A stretch of DNA of 64,000 bases from Yuukianura sp. NJ FZ-2021 (Eukaryota). Within the stretch, counting starts at the first letter, position 1. Every line of letters starts with the position of its first letter. The notes under the pieces were generated by a model. That model saw only the letters and a program-made list of their open reading frames with translations. It had not been told where the DNA came from and made no database searches. The stretch covers positions 5,146,001-5,210,000 of the forward strand of contig CM102289.1 of NCBI GenBank assembly GCA_046563655.1, given 5' to 3'. Below are positions 1 through 12,548 of this stretch, in pieces. Both the position numbers and the translations under genes were made by a program.

Positions 1-272
1 TACGAAGGGATTGCGGTAAACGAATTGCAACTAGGCGACAGACTCATGCAAGGGTACCGACTGCCTGCTCCCTTGTACGCTTCTGAGCAAATGTCAGTAG
101 CATCAAACTTTTTAAATGAGTCTCATTTCATTTGTCCTTTAACCTTTGACCTGTGCAAGCTTCATTTTTTTTTAGATACTCAAAAATCAAGGACTGTTGG
201 CTACAGGATCCAAGTCTCCGTCCGACTGCGGGGGATCTCAAAGAATTTTTGGAGAACCAGACAACGACTTAA
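1..272 (+). CDS. 3' end of a protein tyrosine kinase (subdomains X-XI), partial; probably receptor-type
   Basis: Exon 1-92, GT-AG intron 93-175 and exon 176-272 splice to YEGIAVNELQLGDRLMQGYRLPAPLYASEQIYSKIKDCWLQDPSLRPTAGDLKEFLENQTTT*. GYRLxxP...Y..CW..DP..RPT is the tyrosine kinase C-lobe signature. Confidence 0.8.
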
Positions 273-3200
273 AAAAACCAAAACACAAAATCCAACATAA
301 AATTCAGAAAGTTTCAGAAAAAAAATGACTGAAGTGCTAATTTCAAATGGAGCTTTAAGGAAAGAGTTTTTACTTTTTTGACTTTGATAAAAAAAAATTA
401 TTTTTGCAAGAAATTTTTTTGGCAACTTAAGACCAATTGTTCCATTTTGAGACAATAAACCTTGTATAATTACTTTTAGCTAGTTTACACATTTTGAAAG
501 ATGCTTTCCAGATTTCATTGTTTGGCTCGTCAAAATTTGTCGAAACAATTGAAGGTTGAGGGGAAATATCAATCTTCAAAGTAAATGAGAGTCAAAAGCA
601 GTTGTAAAGTTTCAAGGGCACTGCGGTACATTCCCTACCTTATGATGAACATTATGACCTTGACCTTGTCTTCGTAGTCATGACCTGTCCAAACTTACGG
701 TTTTTTTACATTCCATATCCTCCCACCATTAACAGAACCACAATTTGACTAAATATTTGACAATATGAAAATGTAAAACTTTTAAAATTGACAAATATTG
801 ACACAAAATTTCTTTTTTCAGAGACCAAATCTCTCGACGAAATGGCTTTTGTGCGTGAAATTGAAACTTTCGACATTTAGAGAGTTTCCGTTCCTTCCAA
901 GGTCACATGGTTTAATAGTAATTTTATTTTACTCTGCTCTACGTTTTACAAAAATATGTTTGTAAACGTTTGTGCATTAGTTATGCATTGGTATAAAAAC
1001 GTTTAGCTGTGTCAAAGAAAAACTTTGGTTGTTTGTCAGTGTATGACTCCGATTTTTGCAGAAAAATAGCGTCTGTTCTTACAAATTTGCACATCCAACT
1101 GAATCGTTGCATTGTTAGTTATTCAGTTGCATTGTTAGCAGTGACCTTGACCCTCCAGATGGGGACGAATGTCATGGCGTCTGTTGATGGTAAGTGTATC
1201 CATGGACTCTTCCTTGGAGCAGATGATGCGAGTCTTATGAAAGGGCAAGAGCCTCAGGAATCATGCTCCAAGTTCTGCACAAAACCTCAGTGGCAGTAAA
1301 CCCCCTCAGTTCACTCCAACATCTACACCAACACACAATTCTCAATTTCATTTTCAGTTTACATACTGCTGCTAAACTCCACATGCCAAACAAAGACAGG
1401 CACTGATCAATTCCAGCGTCAAGACTTGCATCATTACCAAAACAGTTAAGTGAACATCCAGAAAATCAGCTGATTCGACTTACGACTCACCTGGATCTAA
1501 AAATAGAATTTTGAAGAAAACCAGGTAAGCTCAAGGTTAAAAATAAAATCAATATTTAAAAAAACTTTAAAGTATTTGTGTGGGTGGAGGCCATTTTGGA
1601 TCAAGTTTTTGGCATTATGGAAATCCGGAAGTTTTCAATGAGTCTGGAAGTAAAAAACTGGTTATGGCAGAGAGTACAATGACTTGTGTAGGTGGAGAAT
1701 CTGATAAATTTGATGTTAGTACATATGAATCGTTTTATGGTTATGGTTTCAAAGGTCACTCTTGAGGTCAAATTAACAAATGATTACAAATTGGAACTTG
1801 GATTGCTTAGTTTGACACATAAGGCTAGCTATCCTAATATTTTATAGATTTGGTTAGCCTAACATCGGGCTAACCAAAACCTAACGTGAAAATTTTAGTT
1901 TTAAGATTAGTAATTAACTTTGTTTCGTAATTATGTTTGCATTAGCAGCAGCAGTTGCAAGGAAAGCGTGATTGGATTTGCGTAATGTGTGGAATGACGT
2001 GATTAATTAGACTAAAATTCAATCAAGTTTTAATTAAAGTTGACGTGAGTAACAGCTTTCACCTTTGCAAAAAAAATTGCGACTTGCAAAAAACGCTCAT
2101 GCGGTGGAAAAGTTTAGGCAACATTTGTTGAGTGAAATCTGCAATGCGGCTCAGAAAAGACGGATAACCTACCACTATTATTATGATCCCATTCTTTGCG
2201 AGTAAAAGTTTGGGGCTTTGCGAAAATCCTTTGCAATTTCTCATAAGTTTCTTTCTTGAAAGGTGATGTTGGCAAAAACGAAATCGATTTCCGATTTTGA
2301 CAATATTTTACGTAGAAAAAGGAAAGCAGTAAATCACCAAAGTCTGTTTTCCAAATGGACTTGAGTGTCCAACCCAGAAAACTTCTATTGCCCATTTTTG
2401 GAATAATGGACGCTTTCACCTCTCTATTCTGCGACAGTTTTTCATCCAAAATTTACCGATTTCAAATAAACCCGCTTTCAAGTTGTCAATTTTCGAACGT
2501 TTACCGGTTCACTGCTTGTTTTCAATCATGTATGAAGTTTGTTCGTTCAAAGCGTTGGGTGCTCGAGGTCACTAGGGGCAGAAGGTGTTGAGGTCAACAG
2601 AGGTCAAGTAGTTGTGGCTTGTCAAAAAATCTATATTTTGATCGAGTGAACTACGGATATAACTTATTTGTAGTTCCTGGGCACAAAATGACCTGAATTT
2701 GAGGGTTATATGGTTCAATTTAGTTTATGGTTTGGTGCTCGTAGTGGGACGGGCTTAAACGCTGAACGTCGTGCTCAATTTCCTTAATGGGCGGCTTGAG
2801 TTCAGTCACTGTGCAAAAAATGGCAAACTTCTTTTTGCAGAATTTGATACATGAAAGTTGGTTTGATCCTGTTTGCCAAAATTAGCAATCAACCAAATTG
2901 CAGTTACTTTTGATTTCAGGTTTCTCGATATCGGAATTCTCAATTTGCATGAATTTTTTGATGAGTGGTGAGTCATTTTTCCATGTGCAACTTTTTTTTT
3001 GCGAAAGTCAACCTTAATACCCCTCACCGGCTTTGCGATTTTTTTGCGAATTGAAGTTTTGAGTTCATTAACGTGCTGATTCAGTTCGTCGACCAGACAA
3101 AGAGAGTTGAGGTATGAGATGTCCGGCTCCCTGTGCCATTGTTGTGAATTCAAGGAGAGTGACGATCATAACAATTTTTTGCGAAGTGCAAAAATGTACA

Positions 3201-6024
3201 TTTGCAAATCTCTTGGTGCAATCTGAATCTTAGTAGGGGGAGGAGTAGATTTCACATGAACGAAATTGAGATCGAGATGCTATGTACTTATAGCTATAAA
3301 TGGCAACTGCAAGTCATTGTCTGATGCTGTCATTAAAATTTTTGAAGATTATACTCTTCAAAATGAAAGTTCAAAGAAGCTAGGAAGGGCGGCTACTTTT
3401 AAGTGCTTAAATTTGTTGCTTTTTTTCTTGTAACTTTTCTCGTTTTTGCACAAATTCAGTTCCTGGAGTTATGATGTAACGGGTAACGGCGTCGTGGCGC
3501 CGTCTTTGTTACTAAAAAGGCTTTGTTTCTAATCTGATTAAAATCAAACTACAAAGAAAGCCTACCATTTTCATTATCGATTTGAGGATTTAGGCACGAG
3601 CCAATGTTTCTGACGTTAAGAGTAATTAGAACAGGATCAATAACGTCAGTTTAGATGAAACTTTAGTTACACACGAATTTTGAAATGTTCAAAAACAAAT
3701 CTTTTCGTTTTCCAAAAACAGAACACGGACAAACATTTCTTCTAAACTCAGTCAGAACAATGTTGAAAACAAACAGCATCGCGCTAAAATTAGACCGAAA
3801 AAACATTGATCTTGCCGAAACGGAGGATATTTGGATTTTTTTTTGTAACTTTGTCAAAAGTGTAGACAAAAAATTTTTTTAAACTCTCCGTGTCACGCTC
3901 AAATGCGTCAAACTCTTGACAGCGTCAACTTTTCCAGAGAATACTTGTACGAGGACTTTTGAAAAAAAAACTTGAAAAGCTTTGTGCATCTATTTTTTTA
4001 AAGGAATTTGCGCCTGAATGAAAATCAATCACGTGATAATGGATGTGTCGAATTTGGTTTTGCAGAAAGAAGTTAAACGATTTCCAGAACTTTTTGGTTT
4101 TTGTTTGTTTTTTGTCTCAGGAGTCCAGGAGCAAATCAGGAGCACTTTGTATTTACTTTAGACTTTCGATTTGGATTGAAGTGGAAGTTGGTGGGTGATT
4201 TTAAGTAATTTAGGCAAAAGTACTTAAGTGAAGCACTTTAAGCCGCATCGTTACACTCTTCACACTTGTGATAAAAAGACAAATGGAAAGTTTCAGGGTC
4301 ACCATTTCCTGTTTCATGTCAAAGGTCATGTTATTTCAAGGCAGGGGGAACAAACTATAAGTTAACTCCATTTTTCACTTTTTTGGAAAAACAGAATTTT
4401 TGAACAAGAAAAGTTTTCCCTTCTTTGTTCAAACAGCACGATTTTGTTTAACATTCTACTTTCGAAAAAGTTTTTCCTGAAATTTCGGGCAAGGCAAAGT
4501 TTTTCTAAAGCTGCTAGCTGCTCCGCTTCATCAACACGCCTGGAAGCTTGAAGGCTTGACACGCGCTTCCAATTTTTTGCTCCTCTATTTTCAGTATAAG
4601 TATCATTTTGTCTGCTTCTGGACTAAAAAAAAACTTTTAAAAAACGCTTGTCCTGAATTTTTTGAACGCTCTACTTTGCATACTCGGCATCTCCAGATGT
4701 TAATTTCTAAAAATTAGTTTTAAATTAGTAGGTGTCTCATAACTTGACTCTACAACTCATATTTTAAAATGACATTCACAAATGTTATTTTTTTTTAAAC
4801 TTCACCCCCCGCGTGTTTGAACAAGTTTTGAACACTTAGTTTTGAAAAGTTCCTAATGGAAATGGAAAATTGACACGCAACTGAGGTTTATTTTGAAACT
4901 GTTCCGCCATCATCAACACTTTTCGGAACTTTTTTTTGAATCCCCACACGGTGAAATGCGATGGCGCAGTTAAAGGGTTAAATTAATTCTTAGCATGTGG
5001 TCAATTACTTAACACTTTCCGAAAGAGGAAACATTAAACCTCATAAACCACGACTTACAGATTACCACTTTTCAAAAAATCAAATCCCTTTTTTAACAAG
5101 GAACATGCTGTTTGAACATGTTTCAAGGAAGAGAAGATGTTGTGTGAACATTTTAAAAAAAAAGACATGACATGAAACAAAGGAGGCTAATAAGGAAGGA
5201 CAAGAGAAGAAAATGGTGTCACTGGATACGGATACCGGAATTGGGCAATAAGTGGGACGTGATGTGCCATTCATTTTAGAAGGAAACGTGTCAAACGACT
5301 ATTGTTTTCTTCTAATGAAAATTCTAGGAAATTTATAGTATACCTAGAATGAACAGATTTACAACTACCGTGAAATCCCAAAATAAGTTTTCACTTTGAG
5401 CAAGAAAAAGTAAAATTATGTTCAAAAAGTTAAATTATGTTGATGTTGCTGAAAATTGTGGCTTTGACGCAATATTCTTCCAGTGATATGAAGTCCGAAT
5501 TGCAAAATGTTAATCTAACAAACTGTCAAAACTTTTTGCTGAGTTTGAGTGACCTGGATCAAGGTCAAGGCGATGCTGGCGTGCGCAATTGGGGGTTATT
5601 AGTTTGCGTGCGAGTCATGAGACGATGATGATGAGATGGGTTTGTATGAGCTGATTTGTTAAACAAACTCTGGATAAATAAATGCCTCGGTTGCTTAACT
5701 TATTAGTGTTGACACTTGCATAAACTTTGGATCGTGGAATTTTGAAGTGAGAAAAGATGGACCATAAAGGGAGTGGCACTGCGCAAAAGGTCAAAAGTCA
5801 ACTATAATTTTAAATTTGAGACGGAAGCTCTCCTAAATCTCAAAATCCGTGTTATAAATGAGGGATTCGAATGGGCTTTTGTTCATTTTTTTCGGTTTTA
5901 TCTAAACAGAAAGTAGGTCACGTCATCCAGAGTCCACTTAAGCCAAAGCTAAGTCCACAGAAACAAAATGGCGGAAAGCGGAAATATTTCTGAACCTGAA
6001 GTTTTTGTCAACAAAGGCAAACAC

Positions 6025-6265
6025 TTATTTTTTGACGAAACAGTTTACGTCAACTTGCTCTTTAACTAATCAGTTTACGTAAAGTCCTTTTTGACCTAAA
6101 TATGACATAAAATATAAGACATAAAATTGTTATTTGACCAACTATCTTACATAAAAATTTTTTTCGACCAATCAGCTTACATAAGTTTTTTTTGACTATA
6201 CAGCTTACTTAAAATTTTTGTTTCTTGACCACTCATTTTACATAAAATTTTGTTTATGGCCAAAA
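6025..6265. repeat. Degenerate minisatellite, unit about 30 bp (consensus near TTTGACCAATCAGCTTACATAAAATTTT)
   Basis: About 7 diverged tandem copies visible, for example ttcgaccaatcagcttacataag, tttgactatacagcttacttaaaa and cttgaccactcattttacataaaa. Confidence 0.65.
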
Positions 6266-6897
6266 ACGTACCAAATATAGTTTGAGTAGAGCAAAATTCA
6301 GTATTTCTGGAACATTTAGCTGATCGTTTTTGTTTTGACGAAATTTGTGTGTATGAAATTCCACTTTCCGAAATTGAAATTGAAAACGCTTGCTTATTGC
6401 ATATTCAATAGTTTGTGGTAGGATGGTTCAACATAATACATTTTGAAGCGTATGAGAGTTGCCGTTTGTGCTAATTTAATTTGTCCATTGTGTTTGAAAG
6501 TGTGGCTTTAAAGGTTAGTTCTAACTTTGGACCAGCTTAAGGTGAAGTGGATTCCTAAGCACGTTTAACTGGATCAATTACACAGAGTTATGTTTATGAA
6601 TTATTAATTTATGAATTTCTACAAATGGAAGTTGGAGTGGCTTATCTGAAGTGGTTGACCATTTTCTGGAAGTGCTACGCTACTAACTAAAAAAGTATCC
6701 AAACAGTTCCGCTCTAGAACAAATAGGCCAATGCACGTATTGTTTCCGTTTTTATTTTTGACAAGAGGTCCAATCGATTAAGCTCATAAACCGTGTTCTG
6801 GAAGGAGATAGTGGCTCTATTACGCCACACAGATCCTTCGTTAGTGCAATTGGAAAAACAAAGTTTTTTGATGGAAGAAACTTTTTCTGTTTTTAGA

Positions 6898-7127
6898 TCA
6901 CGAGCAGGAGGCGTATACACTCTAAAGTTGTGTCACACTGTTTTCTACCTCAGTCGTAGTTTTCTTGAGTGACCTCGATGACCGCAACAAAAGTGACAGG
7001 CAGTCTGATTCTGGATTTCATTCCAAAAACTTCTTCGATTAAAAACATATTCAAAAACGAAAAATTGACTGAATGAAGGTGAAGTTTCAAGCAACTTAAA
7101 CTCGGAAACGACTGCTTTAAGTCAAAG
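6898..7127 (+). other. Probable 5' UTR exon of the OATP gene
   Basis: Acceptor ttttctgtttttag| precedes 6898 and donor aag|gtaatt follows 7127. The next acceptor ends at 7217, 3 nt before ATG 7221. Confidence 0.4.
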
Positions 7128-7220
7128 GTAATTTCGGTTTTTTAAAAAATCGGAGTAGATAAGAAAAATTAGACATCCTAAAAATTTAAAAAGAATTTTT
7201 TTCTGTTTTTTCTTTAGATA

Positions 7221-10200
7221 ATGTCGCATCGAAACAATGGATCTCGTCATAATCCCGGATTCGTGCATGCTGAGAGTCCGATGCTGGTTGGACCGATACC
7301 CGAACAGCAGTCGGCACCGGAAAAACCCACCCTGAGTTCCCCGCCTCAGGCATTTTACTACCACAATCACAGAGGACACAGAAGAGGTCACTCGTATGGT
7401 GGGCCAGTGAGCCCCACCACGTCAGCCTTCCACCATGCCCGTCTCGAAGCTCGTCCGTCACATCCAAACACGCATCATGGGTAAAAATTTTGGAATTATT
7501 TATAAATTATAAAAAATTTATTCTGTGTGATTCATTTTGTTAGCCACTTTTTTTTCAAAAGTTTTTTTTTTTTGAAAATGCTGGGAAATGTAGGCTAATG
7601 AATTATGCTGAAGTTTCCGATTATCGGTTTTTCTTGTCCTTGTCAAGGATTTGTCTCCTTTAGCTTGTTTGACACGCGTCTTTCCTTGTGTGACTTTCAG
7701 AACGCTGCCACCGCATACACAAGTGACCAACGCAGAGTTACTGAAAGGACATCGACGGGCACTGTCAGGATGTATGCCGATGATGGGTGGCATGGGTGCC
7801 GTCGCATGGTCTTCTCTCCGGGAACTCCAGTCACCTTCGGGACTCCATGCTGCTGTCCAGGGACTGCGAAGTCGCTCGCCCATTGGTTAGTTTTTGACCA
7901 ACTTCGCCCGGGAAACCCCCTGAATTTTAGAAATTTAAACAAAACAAACTATTTTGAATTCGAAAATGTTGAAGAGTTTGATTAATATTTTTATCCATTT
8001 GATATTTTAGAAATACCAGGAGAATTCCAGCCGAGTACTGGTGACGGAAAGAAGTCTTTTATTCGGCCAATGTCACCTGACCATGAACCTCCGAGACAAT
8101 CCAAACCGTCGTCAATGGACGACGTGGAATGTGGCTTCGGCCCATGCGCACTACCCGGTTACTTCAATGTCCTAGCCAACATTCGCGTTTTTGTCACCAT
8201 TCTTGCAATTCTGGTGACACTTCAGCAGGCGGTGGCTTCGGGCTATGTCAATTCTGTCATTACTACTATTGAACTGCGATTTGAAATTCCATCAAAGTAT
8301 ACTGGACTCGTAGCGTCGGCGTACGAAATGGGTAATGTCATCACCGTCCTCTTCGTGTCATACCTCGGAGCAAAAAGACATATACCTAGGTAACTCTCAA
8401 AAACTTTTATTTTTTCGAAAAAAAACTTAAATTTTGACGAAAATTGAAAAATTATGTTTGATCTGAAGATGGATAGCCGTGGGCGTTCTGGTGATGGTTC
8501 TCGGCTGCGTTATTTTTACACTACCACATTTCCTAAGTCCTCATCCTGGTAGCAGGACATCAGCATTGGCCAATGACCCATCGTCGTCCAATTCCTATCA
8601 AACAGCAAGACTGACCCAGCATGACCTCTACAGTGCAAACACTCAAAATTCTTCATTCTCATCCCCTGCTGCCCTGCGCGACGCTTTGAACGTTTCTGGA
8701 ATTGCAGCATTTGACGCATCCGCAGGCGTAACGACCCACTTGGGCAAAAATGGCGTTTGCCACTCACAGAATCCACCGCCACCTTCAAAGTTCATTTCAA
8801 CTGGAAATGAAAAACATAGTTCTGGTGCCAGCGGAGGAGAGGAAATTTCGGAATCAGCATCGGATTTTCCGCTTGTCCATCGAGAAAAGCTAACGACAAC
8901 ACGAGCTGGATGTGAAATGGAAGTGACTGAAGATGGAAGCTTGAAGAGTCTGGAGCCAGAAAGCTACGCGCATCCGTTAATACTTTTCACGCTTGCGCAG
9001 ATTCTGCTGGGCGTTGGTGGTTCTCCATTGTTCACTCTTGGAATCACTTATGTCGATGATCATGTTCCAAAGGACTCTTCTTCTGTTTTTATTGGTAAGA
9101 CTACGATGCATACGGTGCATGCGCAAACGTGGTTTAATTATTTTTGGATTTGATTTAGGTATTGTTTATGCAATGGGAGCCTTTGGTCCGGTTCTCGGAT
9201 TTTTGATTGGAGCGTGGCTGCTGACTATTCCCGCGAGTTGGGTTTCTACGCCTGTTCCTGGTAAGAAATTTTGAAGAAAGAATTTTTTTTTTGAAAATTG
9301 TATTTTTTTGAAGTTTTGTTTGAGTGACCTTTGACTTTGACAGATGCCGAGTTCATTGGAATGTGGTGGGGTGGATTTCTGATAGTTGGTCTGCTACTGT
9401 TCGTTGCCTGCTTACCGTTCTTTACATTTCCTCGCATTCTTCAGAAAACGGACAGTAAGGAAGTGGAGTTCAATATTAATGAAAGCACTGAAGAAAGATC
9501 AAGTGAAGACACATCGGACGAAACTTATGGTCAATCTATTCGGGACATTCCGCGCTCAATGTTTCGTCTCTTAAGGTGGTTACAATTTTTGAAATTCGAG
9601 ATGACGCATTTGATTTTGTTTTTTTATTTCCAAGTTTTAAAACTTCACTGATTATGATCTTGAAATTTTCAGCAACCCTGCCTATGTCATAACTTGCTTG
9701 GCCGGTTGCATGGAAATGAACATCATTTCTGGCTTCGTTGTCTTTTTACCCAAGTACTTAGAAACGCAGTTTGGACTGGGCAAGTCTGAGGCTTCCGTTT
9801 TTACTGGTGGAATTGCCATTCCAGGTTTGTCAAAATAAATTCTTGAAGTCTGGAATTTCTGTTTTGAGCATTTTGAAATTTTGTGAGTAGGTGCATTTTT
9901 TGGAATTTTGGCTGGCGGGTACATCATGAAGAGACAGCAGCTTACTCCTTCCGGCGCAGCTAAACTCGTTGTAATCGTTAACACCGTCTGTCTCCTAGGT
10001 CACGCATGCTTCTTTTTTCTTGGATGCACCAATCCAAAGTTGGCAGGAGCCACAATCCCTTATCCGGATTCACTAAATCCGCTGTGAGTTAACATCTAAC
10101 CTAATAAAACATGAAATTTAGAAAAAAATGTTTCAAACTTTTGTTTTTACACAGAGAGTACACGCCTTACAATGTCAACTTGACAAGTTTTTGTAACTTG

Positions 10201-11205
10201 GATTGCAACTGTGACTCTTCCATTGATGCTCAGTACGTCTGCGCAGGAGGAGTAACTTACTTTAGTCCTTGCCATGCAGGGTGTCTCGGGAATTTAACGC
10301 AGTGCACATGTAAGAAATACCGAATGATTCCAAAAAGTGGCCAGTAAAAAACGAGTTGTTCTGTATAGGTGCTGGAGGTGGAGACGTTACGCTCGGAGTC
10401 TGCCCAGATAGTCCATGCACAACTCTTCTACCGTTCATGATCATCCTGTTCTTCATGACAGCCACCGTAGCCATGATGCAAATGCCACTTCTCATGATTG
10501 TTCTCAGGTATAACACAGATTTAATTACTTTCATAAAACTAATTTATTAATTAATTTAATTTAAATATTGTTTTAGATCTGTTTCGGAGGAGGAGCGCTC
10601 TTTTGCCTTAGGAATGCAGTTTGTTCTCTTCCGTCTGCTGGGCTACATTCCTTCGCCAATCATTTTCGGGAACGTCATCGACTCCGCCTGTCTGTTGTGG
10701 AGCATCCGTCGCTGCTCGACGCTTCTTCCAGCCGTCAGTGGGCGTTGTCTTCGCTACGACATCTTGGATTTCCGATACAAGTACAAAAAAGAGTTGTTTT
10801 TTGAATTCTTGTAAAATTTTGATTTGTTTTTGAAAAAACAAATTATGATTCAGGTACGTGGGAATGCTGACTGGTTTTAAGCTAGTGGCCATTTCTCTTT
10901 TTATTTACAATTTCTTCCAACTGCGACGCATGGAACTGGAAGACGAGAAGGCCGAGCAAGATCAACTGGCAGCAGAAACAGAAGTACTCAAAGATACGGC
11001 CAACTCCATTGACTCATTAGACAGAAGTAAGATTTTAAAATTCAAAATTGGCGGAAACTTTCTAGATTCAAAGTTTTGTAAACGATTTTGAATAGTGTTC
11101 GAGGGTGGCGGAGATGGAGACTTGTTGGCCATTGGATTCGAAGAGGGTGAGGAGGTGCCATATTCCATTTCAATGACAACGAAGGACGCTGAGCTCAAGA
11201 CCTAA
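7221..11205 (+). CDS. Organic anion transporting polypeptide (SLCO/OATP family; Oatp30B/SLCO5A1-like), about 13 exons
   Basis: Spliced frames give [43 protein letters not shown], the OATP signature [21 protein letters not shown], Kazal-like CNLDCNC...YFSPCHAGC and [23 protein letters not shown]. Introns are GT-AG; stop at 11203-11205. Confidence 0.93.
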
Positions 11206-12548
11206 AGTAGATCTGTGACCTTTGACTCTTGGCCTAACAAAACCTTTCCAATCGTTTCCGAGTAAAATGGAAATCGACAAGTATTATAAATCCACTGTTA
11301 AATAACGCAGTGGACAACGCCCAACAACGTTAACGAATGATAATAATTTGCTCCGGCGCATGCGCATTGTAATTTTTTGTACAAATTTCGAAGCAGAAAA
11401 GGCGCTAAAGATATTTTGAACGTAGAACTGGATGCCTAGTGTACTTTTTCTTTAGTTGAATATACATTTGGGCGAAATTCATTTTTCAACGCTTGCGCAA
11501 TGAAGTTGAAAAATAACTTAAACACTAGCTGTTCTTCTTTACTTCGAAACTACACCTAGTCTTCTCAATCCTGGAAATGATACTGGAGAAACTTTATGTT
11601 TAAGTTTAACTTAAAGCTATTTAGGCGTGAAAAGGTTTAAATTGCGAACTAACATTTAAAATGTTTTTGGCGCGTAAATTCAAAAAAATGCAGCCACGCA
11701 ATTTGTCTAATGTTGCATTGAAATGTAGAACTGTTGTAAACACTGTCGTGATACAAATTGATAAACAAATCTGTGTTAATAGAAACTACTAAAAACACAC
11801 TTACTAATGGTTAGTTTAACTCTGTAGTTCCCTCTATTATTTAATTTTTAGCGCACGCAGGGTAGTGTCAACTTATTGCAATAATTTTGGCATCCATGAC
11901 CTTTGACCCCGCGCAGAAAAATATTTCTTCAATCTTACAATGCATGCTAACCTTGTTGTAGAAAAGCTCAAGTTTTTTTTCTCCAAAAACTAAACTTTTT
12001 ATTTAGTTACCATTGATCCTTTATTTCACACTTAAATTATTCAATTTTTAAACTTTTTTATACGTGTTAGTATTCAAAAATTCAAATCTGTGTTATTTTA
12101 GAAAGTGTAAAATATCTGAATTTAACTTAATTATTTTAACTTTAATTTCTAATTATACTTTTGTTCTGTATTCACATTTTCAGCTCTCTTGTTTAGTTAT
12201 TGATAGTTTAACATCCTGCTCCAAAGTTGTAATGTTTCGTAAATATTTCAGCTAGAAATGTAAAGAAATGCGCAGAAGCAGGGTTTAGAAATTATTGTGT
12301 ACCTGCGCAAATCAATGGCGTTGCCGGCGAATGTAAAAACAAATGTCGGTTATTCACTCGTGTGTACTAAAACAATATCATGGAAACATTTAGAAAAAAT
12401 AAACGCAAAATGGCAGCAGTTCGTAAAAGGACTAAAAATGTCTTTTTTATTTGATTATAATGGCAGTGCTGACTAATAAAATGGCAGTGGGTACTAGAAA
12501 AAATTTTACTCAATTTTTTTTCCAAATTGGTAATTTGTTTCAAAAAAT